A DNA stretch of 64,000 bases from Octopus vulgaris (taxonomy: Eukaryota), in assembly GCA_951406725.2 (NCBI GenBank), contig OX597831.1, positions 32,302,001-32,366,000 on the forward strand, read 5' to 3'. The notes under the pieces were generated by a model. It had not been told where the DNA came from, ran no database searches, and saw nothing but the letters and a program-made list of their open reading frames with translations. The position numbers and the translations under genes are program-made. Each line of letters opens with the position of its first letter. Within the stretch, counting starts at the first letter, position 1. This document shows, piece by piece, positions 54,283-64,000 of the stretch.

Positions 54283-54689
54283 CAGGAAAAGACTGAAGGC
54301 AGGCTGCTTTGTAAGTGAAACTCACACACTGGCACAATATATAAGTATACACACACGCACGCACACACACACACACACACTATAACTACCACTAGAGTAT
54401 GTAACTATATACACCCACACAAGCACACAGTACTACTGTATATAAGTGGTCATACACATACACACTCCAGTACTAAATTATATAAGCATACACATACCAC
54501 TACCACAGAATATAGCTACACATACTACACACATCATCGCATACACACTGCCACCGTATGTAAGTAGGCTAAGTTGAAAAGTGAAAGTAGAAATGTACTA
54601 CATACATAAACAACATTGACTTGGTTGTGGGGACTGAATGAGAAGCAGCAGCAGCAGCAGTAGTAGTAATAATAATACAAATGAACGCA

Positions 54690-54785
54690 CAGAGACAGAC
54701 AAGCGGACAGACAGACAGATAGATAGACAGACAGATTGACAAATAGATAGACAGATAGATTGACAAACAGACAGACAGATAGATT

Positions 54786-54819
<34 letters not shown>

Positions 54820-54869
54820 TAGATAGATAGATAGATAGATAGATTGACAAATAGATAGACAGACAGATT

Positions 54870-54948
<79 letters not shown>

Positions 54949-54966
54949 GGACAGACAGATAGATAA

Positions 54967-55040
<74 letters not shown>

Positions 55041-55097
55041 GATAGACAGACAGATACATAGACAGACAGACAAACAGACAGACAGATAGACAGAGAC

Positions 55098-55177
<80 letters not shown>

Positions 55178-55238
55178 GATAGACAGACAAACAGATAGAC
55201 AGACAGATACATAGACAGACAGACAGATAGACAGAGAC

Positions 55239-55328
<90 letters not shown>

Positions 55329-55335
55329 GTAGGTT
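54690..55335. repeat. (GATA)n/(GACA)n array
   Basis: Direct observation, with internal ~175-bp block duplication. Confidence 0.95.
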
Positions 55336-55881
55336 AGTAATAGATCGATACTAAATTAAAGAAAACTACATAAGCTTTATATATAAACAGACACACAAAC
55401 AATATATGTATGTGTGTGTGTGTGTATGTGTGTGTGAACATGACATATCGAATTTGTCACAAGCCACAATTTGTAAATACCACGAAACGGATACGAGGGG
55501 GGGGGAAACGTCTGAAGACAAAAATTGATTTTTCATATTTACATTATTCATCCCCCCCCCCGCCTTTATCCTCCAGTCTATATACATACACATATATATA
55601 TATATACATAAGTGCGTGTGTATGTATGTATGGCCACCCGTTTAATATACCCCGTCATGTTTAATTTATGGTCATCTCTTGCAGTGGTGTAATCTACCTC
55701 TACCACCCACAACAATCTGGTCACAGCAAGGAACGAACCAGCTCTGATTAAATGACTTCAAGCATCGACCTTTTTTGTTTTGTTTTCTTTTTTAATTTAT
55801 GCCGCAAAAAGGAAATGAAATGTAAACAAAAGATTTGTTATATTTATTTCTTCCTCTCTAATACACACGGCCTCTCCCCCC

Positions 55882-55921
<40 letters not shown>

Positions 55922-56023
55922 ACATCTGTCTATCTATCTATTTAACTATCTGTTCGTCTGCCTGTCTCTCTATATATATATATGTAAAAGAAAGGAAAGT
56001 ATACACATATACATACATGTATA

Positions 56024-56070
<47 letters not shown>

Positions 56071-56677
56071 GTATGTGTGTACATACACACACGGATAGAT
56101 ACATAATGTAAGCACACAGGATGTCTATTTTGCTCCACAGTGTATGAATGCAATATACATACGTGCGTGCTCTTTGAATCTATACATTTTCATGTAAATA
56201 TGTGTATATATTTTCATATATATAACAATGTGTGTGTGTGTGTATGTATGTATGTATACATACATACATATATATAAATATATATATACACACACAAACA
56301 AACACACATACACAGTTTAAGAGTGTATATTGAAGCTCACTTGGTAACCACGTGGTTCCGCGTTCGATCCTCCAGAAAAACACCTCTGACATATAACCAC
56401 TACTATGTTTTCAGGTTAGCCAATACCTCGTAGCATTTTATACACTCGCACGCACATACACACACACACACACACACACATAGAAAGAGAGGGGGGAAGT
56501 GGGTCGTGTTTATGTCTGTAACGGTCTGAGAACCAGATTAATTCATGTTGTGTGCATTTTCGTCTTGTAAAATTAGTGGTTCGATAAGGAGAGATCGAAT
56601 AGATTAAGGTGATCGACTAAACCCTTGAAAGCTAAACCCGACATGGCCGCAGTCCAATGACTAAAGCCAGTAAAGAG

Positions 56678-56724
<47 letters not shown>

Positions 56725-56869
56725 CATAGACAGAAAGCTAGCTAGATAGACAAACAGACAGACAGATAGATAGACAGATGTAATATATGTATGTTTAAAT
56801 ATTCCATTTTAGCAAAGCCGTAACATCAATTCGCTTAATTATCATAATACGAAATGAAGTGTTATGGTA

Positions 56870-56944
<75 letters not shown>

Positions 56945-57168
56945 AGAGAGAGAGAGAGATAACTGGGTGTACATATTGAATGGTAAAGACAGCATATATG
57001 TATATATATACATGTATATACACACACACACAGATACATACATGTCTCAAACACCCACACGAGTGCATGGTTTTGTGGATGTATTCATACATATCGAAGA
57101 TTTACATTATACACGCACACAAGTGGGAGTATAGGTAGATATATAGGTAAAGATAGATGCGACAGTGT

Positions 57169-57224
<56 letters not shown>

Positions 57225-57478
57225 CATACTTTTATATTTGTATTTGCGAATGAAAGAAAGGAGGAAAAAAACATTTGTTCAGATGTTTTTATATAGGTCT
57301 GTCTTAAGTATTTAAAATTATACATTCTCACACATATTAATGCGTAACATATATATACATACATACATAAACATACATACATACATATACATACATATAC
57401 ACACACACACACACATACATACATACATACATACATATACACACACACATACATATACATACATACATATACACACAC

Positions 57479-57511
<33 letters not shown>

Positions 57512-57627
57512 CATACATACATACATACATACATCACTTCTACAGGCAATATGTACACTCGTATACATTCAAATAAAACACCTTCAGATAGAAATCATGT
57601 AAATGTGTGCGTGTGTGTGTGTGCGTG

Positions 57628-57670
<43 letters not shown>

Positions 57671-57794
57671 ATTTGAAAATTACGATATATGCCTTTCCTC
57701 ATTTTTTTTTTCCTACGCTTTGTCTTTAATAACTGATAATATTAATTAATTAACCACGAGTCGACATCAACAACAAATGAGAGAGAAGAAATTA

Positions 57795-58270
57795 ATATCA
57801 CATGAACAATATTTGATATCGATATCACATAAATATCACATCAGACAAACATCACATGAACGTCACACAAACATCACATTTCATCCTACAAATATCACAT
57901 CACATCACGTAAACATCACATAATTATCATCGTATCGCATAAATATCACATGAATACCACCATATAAACATCACGTCACATCTCATCGCATAATTATCAC
58001 AACCCACATCACATGAAGAGCACAGAACCACCACATCACACATCACATCACATGAATATCACAGTAAGCATCGCATAAATATACCACCTAACATAAACAT
58101 CGCATCACAGTAAAAACCCTCACTTCACATCAACATCCGCACGAAGCTCACATCCCGTCCCACTGTAGTCGACATCCTATAATGAGCAACATTACATCAC
58201 CTGAACAACATCACTTCGACATCAACATCGCCCCAGTCATCAACAAAGCCATGACATCACCACATCGCCA
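57795..58270. repeat. Degenerate (ATCAC)n pentamer array just inside the first intron
   Basis: Recurring ACATCAC/ATCAC motifs. Confidence 0.7.
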
Positions 58271-58420
58271 CCATCCCGACATCGACCCCGCTACACCAAC
58301 ATCAACATCAATCGTTTGTCATTCTCCAACAATCAACAATAACAACAACAACAACAACAACAAAGAAGAAGAAAGAGGACGACACGATGACAACGATGAC
58401 GACGACGACGACCAACTCAC

Positions 58421-58811
58421 CGTCCTGGTCTATCCATGATTCTGAACCACAATCCACGCTCCGGGAGGATGCCGGGCTAACACTGGTACGCGTGCTGGTG
58501 TTGGTTGAACTATACTTCCTGTTTCTGGCCGCGAAGGCCCTCAATAGATAACGATGTGAGGGGAACTCCTCTGGGCTATCGTCTGTGTATTCGTCGGTCG
58601 AACACAATGAACTCTGCAGGCCGGACGATTCGCCGCCAGATTCCAGGCTGACGGCATCCTTGTCCAAAGGCTGCGACTGGTTGTTGCGTTTGAAATTCTC
58701 CACGAAATTTTCGATCTCTTCTTCGATCTTATGAGCCTGGAAGCCCCCGGATGCACTTCCACTTGCGCTCGAAGGTACCCCCCTGTCTTGCCTGTATCTC
58801 CCTCGGCTCAT
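58421..58811 (-). CDS. Probable first coding exon (130 codons + 1 nt, phase-1 donor) of an unidentified protein-coding gene; Ser/acidic-rich N-terminus MSRGRYRQDRGVPSSASG...SESWIDQD
   Basis: The clearest complex, GC/CpG-rich ORF in the window. ATG context is GAGATATGA with an upstream in-frame TAA near 58863. The ORF runs into a consensus donor GACG|GTGAGT (plus-strand ACTCAC at 58415-58420), after which the sequence becomes simple repeat. Protein family not recognised. Confidence 0.75.
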
Positions 58812-59304
58812 ATCTCCGGGTAGATGTAGTGGCGGCGGCGGTGGTGATGATGATGATGATGGTTATTATTATTATTATATTAAGGATGGAGGTGTTGGTG
58901 GTAGTGATGATTGATGTGGTTGAGATTGTGTTGGTGGTGGTGGTGGTTGTGGCGCCGGGTGCGATAGAAGTGGCCACCTTCATACCCAGATTTCGTTTGG
59001 TATCAATGTTTGTCCGACATATCTCGTAGCCAACCAGCCAGCCAGGTAGGTAGGTAGATAGGTGTAAAAACTGTAACGGTGCCTAATGTCCACGACACGA
59101 CACGCAAGCACAGGGAAAGGCGAATAAAAACAGACCGACAGTTAGTTAAATAGTTAAATAGACACACAGATAGACACATAAATACATAAATAAATAAATA
59201 TATTCCTCAGGTTTTCTGTAAAACAGTTGTTTGATAAGCACTGACGCAATTAATAAAAACCATTTGTTGCTCTCATGGTCGTCTCTGATATAATATTCCT
59301 TTCT

Positions 59305-59360
<56 letters not shown>

Positions 59361-59962
59361 GTCGTTTCTCTCTTTGTTTCTCCGCTTCTTCAGTTGGTAT
59401 CAAAGCGTTGGTATGATCTAAACCACATTATTATTATTATGTCCAAGAACACACCCTCGCATTCATTCACTCACACACATACATACACACTAATAGCCCT
59501 GTTACATATGCCACAAGCAGAGAGAACAAACCCATCAACTACAGGTCGGGCGCAATCACAGGAAGCACATTATACATACATACATACATATATATATATG
59601 CACATGTATATAGTCTATTCCTCTCTTCTTCTATGTCTTCAAATGTATACGAAGCAATTTCTGTCGTTATCTACCATTCATTCCGACATTAGTAGTAGTA
59701 GTGGTAGCAGTAGTAATTATATCAACTACTACTACAATAGTTACGAGTGTTGTTGTTGTTGATATTAATTAATATACTCCAGTTCTCCGTCTACATGTCC
59801 ACAAGAATTCAACAAAACCATTTGTTGCTGTTGAATTTGTCTTGTCATCATCGTCGTAGTCATTTTTTCCCGGATTTTTTCTTTACACAGCCTCTCCCTT
59901 TCTACTTTCACTTTATCTCTCTTTTCCCGCGCTCTCTTTGTCTCTTTATGTATAAATCTCTC

Positions 59963-60014
<52 letters not shown>

Positions 60015-60300
60015 AATCTTTATCTCTTTTTCCCTATCTACCTACCACTATTTCCAACAGATCGATATACCTCTATTCAGTCCACTAGAACAACACACAC
60101 ACATACACACACACTTTCACAATCATTTTCCGCGCCCACACGCTCGCCTTTTGAAAAAAAAAAAAAAAAGAGTCTTTTCTCTTGTATCTCGTTGACGACA
60201 ATTATACATATGTTAATGATGATGATGATGATGATGCTAGCGTGGTCGTAGTCGTATCACTAGAGATGAAAAAAGAGTAAAAGGTATATTATGTGTGTAT
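58812..60300 (-). promoter_or_regulatory. Putative 5'UTR/promoter region of the minus-strand gene (CpG-enriched, GA/CT tracts)
   Basis: CpG dinucleotides are visibly more frequent than in the rest of the window. The region lies directly upstream of the candidate first exon and is largely free of SINEs. Confidence 0.4.
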
Positions 60301-60405
60301 AAATTTATTGACAGTGTAAACTTACACCTGCATTGAGGCTTTCATTCAGTGAATATTTTTGTTATATACATTATATATATATATACATTATATATATATA
60401 CATAC

Positions 60406-60443
<38 letters not shown>

Positions 60444-60468
60444 CATATATATCGAGAGAGCACGGGAG

Positions 60469-60516
<48 letters not shown>

Positions 60517-60771
60517 TCATACACACACCATATACATACATTCATACATGTACTAATGATTGGCGTAATGATTGTATATGCGCGCGCGAAAGTATGCGTG
60601 TATGATGTGTGTGTGTGTATGATGTGTGTGTGTGTGTTTGTGAGAGAGAGAGATGGAGGGAGGGAGAAAGGTATGTATGTGTATGTAGGTATGACACATT
60701 CCAAACGTATTCCCTTCAATACAAAGAAAGAAAATGGAACAAAATCTATATTTATTATATACACATGCGTG

Positions 60772-60810
<39 letters not shown>

Positions 60811-60861
60811 TGCATTGGCACTGTCGATAAGTTTATGTATAGGAGAACGTACACACACAGC

Positions 60862-60911
<50 letters not shown>

Positions 60912-61353
60912 CATACCCATACATAGATGAAGCAGATTTAAAAGACTTCTGACTTTTGTTCTTGTCGCAGTTCCTACTGTAAATTCTATAGTAATAGTAG
61001 TAGTGGTGGTGGTGGTGCTAGTGGTGACCGTTAAAACCCTAGGTCAGTCTTTCCCAACCCGATCTATGGCCAAAGCTTTCCAGCGGCGGTGACCATCTGG
61101 TTTCAAATTCTAGACATATTGTACGTCGTCTAACAACTTACATAAAACTAATTTCTCCTTCCATTTTTTCTTTTGCAGTTATTGTTGTTGTTATTGCAAC
61201 TTAAAGAAACTAGGAAGTGATTTGAGGGGAAGGTGTGATTTAGCAGTTATTTCTAGCATATTGAAAGACCATTTATAAAAAGCTCCGTTATTGTCGTTTT
61301 GCATTTGAGGTTACTGTGGTGCTCGTGCTAAAATTGTTGTGATTACTGTTGGT

Positions 61354-61359
61354 ATGATG

Positions 61360-61391
<32 letters not shown>

Positions 61392-61414
61392 GATGATGAT
61401 GGTGATGATGATGG

Positions 61415-61480
<66 letters not shown>

Positions 61481-61617
61481 TGATGATGATGATGATGATG
61501 ATGATAATAATAATAATAATAATGATGATGATGATGATAATAATAATAATGATGATGATGATGATGATGATAATAATGATGATGATGATGGTGATGATGA
61601 TAATAATAATAATAATA

Positions 61618-61649
<32 letters not shown>

Positions 61650-61710
61650 AATGATAATGATGATGGTGATGATGATGATGATGATAATAATAATAATAAT
61701 GATGATGATG
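61354..61710. repeat. (ATG)n/(ATA)n compound microsatellite
   Basis: Direct observation. Confidence 0.95.
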
Positions 61711-61937
61711 ACATTGTTGTTGATGTTGTTATGGTTTTGTGTTTATTTACTGACGTTTGTTTTTATTTTCTTGTTTCTTCTGGTTAAAGTTAGGTCGTGA
61801 CTTAACTGAGAATGTTTAGTCATGTGGCTATGTGTTACTACTACTACTACTACTACTACTGTTGCTGCTGCTATTACTACTGCTGTTGCTGCTGCTGCTG
61901 CTGTTAGTTTCGGCAAGCAACAAGCATCAAAATCGAT

Positions 61938-61973
<36 letters not shown>

Positions 61974-62031
61974 CACACAAACAGAGGGGGAAGAGAGAGA
62001 TAGAAAGATGTAGAGGGAGTCACACGCAAGG

Positions 62032-62211
62032 AGGGAGACATACACAGAGAGAGAGAAAGGCAGAGAGACATACACAGAGAGAGAGAAAAGCAGAGAGACA
62101 TACAGAGAGAGAGAGAAAGGCAGAGAGACATACACAGAGAGAGAGAAAGGCAGAGAGACATACACAGAGAGACATACACAGAGAGAGAGAAAGGCAGAGA
62201 GACATACACAG
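62032..62211. repeat. 30-bp minisatellite (GAGAGACATACACAGAGAGAGAGAAAGGCA) x5-6
   Basis: Units recur at 30-bp spacing. Confidence 0.9.
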
Positions 62212-62432
62212 CAAATGTGAGAGGAAGGAAGAAAGAAACGAAGAGTGAAAGGAGAAAGAGGGAGAGAGAGAAACGAGGAGTAGTAAGAAATGAGAAGGAG
62301 AGATATGCATGGGAGGAAAGAGAGAGAGAGAGAGAGATGTGTTTCATGTCAGACGTCGGTGGTCTTTAATTACAATTATGATGATGGTAATGATTGCACT
62401 TGTACAGATGATGGCTAGTAGTAGTAGTATTG

Positions 62433-62506
<74 letters not shown>

Positions 62507-62793
62507 GGTGGTGGTGGCAGTAGTAGCAGAAACACTGAGTGAAAGAAAGAGGTAGCTTAATGCTTGGTGGTTGCGGTGGTGGTGGTGGTGGTGGTGAAGG
62601 TGAGTCGCACGTTCAGAATACACTGATGATGATGATGGTGATGGTGACGGTGGTTACGGCGACAAAGTAGCAGTGAGAGGGGATGCGACATAAGCGAGAG
62701 TACATGTACACATATGCATGTGTACACCCCCCTCTCTCTCTCTCTCTCTCTCGTGTGTGTGTGTGTGTGTATGTATGCATGTATGTATGCGTA

Positions 62794-62851
<58 letters not shown>

Positions 62852-63860
62852 CACACACACGCATACAAAGAGAGGCATACGCACAAATACACACACCTGT
62901 GTGTATGAATGAATGAATGAATGAATTGGTGAATGCGAGATGGGATGTTGAAAAAGAATGCAGAGTCACGTCCAGAGGAAAACGAAAGATGTGGAGGATG
63001 GCTTTTCCCCAAATTCACCCTGCCTGCCTTCTTAATTTTCACGATGTTAAAACAACAACAACGATAATAATAACAGCATGTATAAGTAAGTGGTGGCAAT
63101 AATAAAGAGAGAGAGAAAGTAAAGGAAAAGATAAATAAAAAAAAAAAAAGAACATACGCGAGGAGAGAGAAGAAAATGAAATGGTTGTGGGATGAGGAAG
63201 AGAGACAGTCACGTAGAGACGGGAGAGAGAGAGAGAGAGAGAGGCATGTAAATGGACGAGAGAGAGAGAGGCACGTAAAGAGATGCGAGAGAGAGGAGAC
63301 AGACAGAGAGCGACCAAGAGATCTAAGTACATATACACTAAAAGTGTTTGAGGAAGGTAGAAGAATTTATTTTTTAATTAGAATTTAAGAAATTAAAATT
63401 AATTAAGAGCATGAGGGGATTGAGTACACTTCTTCAAGTTACGTATATGTAAATTATACATGTGCAAGAATAGCAGCTGTGTGGTTAAGAACTTTGCTTA
63501 TAAACCCCCCGTGGTATTGGATGTAGTCCCACTGTACAGCACCTTGGGTAAGCATCTTCAGGGGGACCCAAGTCTTGTGAGGGGATTTAGTATAAACTGA
63601 AACGAACCTCTGTGCGTTTGTGCATTGGTATGCGTTTCCTTGTCTTGACATTGAGAGCTGTAAATAAGTGTCACCACCATACAAGCAGTGTTACCTGTTA
63701 CTTAATCTTCTTTGAAAGCATGTCTAGTCATGGGGAAATATTTACCTTATTTGGAAACAGGTGAGCGCTGGCAACCGGAAGGGCATCTGGCCATAGAAAG
63801 TCTGCCTCAAATTCCATTTGACCCACGAGGGCATGGAAACATTAAAACAATAATATGTAA

Positions 63861-63902
63861 ATTGTTTGATAAGCCTCTTTGGCGAAACTTCGAAGTTACA
63901 GT
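63861..63902 (+). ncRNA. Degenerate type I hammerhead-like motif (probable Penelope pLTR remnant)
   Basis: ATTGT-TTGATAA-GCC(TCTTT)GGC-GAAACTTCGAAGTT-ACAGT. Stem I is ATTGT/ACAGT, stem II is GCC/GGC, and stem III is the perfect palindrome AACTTCGAAGTT. The core differs from CTGATGA at two positions. Confidence 0.55.
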
Positions 63903-64000
63903 CAACTTATGTATTACAACATTTGTAGTTTCCTTACTCCAAATTCTCACAAAATTTGAAACCATTATTATTATCCTTTTCTGTAAAATAGAAATCAGTA

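Overview
AT-rich animal genomic DNA saturated with microsatellites and tRNA-derived SINEs. The repeat content strongly suggests a cephalopod (Octopus-like) genome; this is an inference, not a database result. Almost all ORFs in the supplied track are artefacts of (TA)n, (CA)n, (TACA)n, (AAT)n, (GAT)n or (GA)n tracts or of SINE copies. One convincing coding exon lies on the minus strand (58811-58421, MSRGRYRQ...WIDQD, GTGAGT donor, CpG-rich), so most of the window is probably a very large intron of an unidentified gene. Other content: about four SINE families, TTAA-flanked piggyBac-like MITEs, a palindromic mariner derivative, and RTE- and CR1-like LINE fragments. Three items stand out: (1) a 447-bp TSD-flanked element with a tRNA-like Pol III module between two inverted Penelope-style arms carrying hammerhead-ribozyme motifs (44577-45023); (2) a TSD-flanked chimera of a full tRNA-Asp and a SINE body (35301-35530); (3) a recent templated duplication that copied the gene's presumed 5' leader into its own intron (51270-52678). 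All alignments and coordinates were read by eye.
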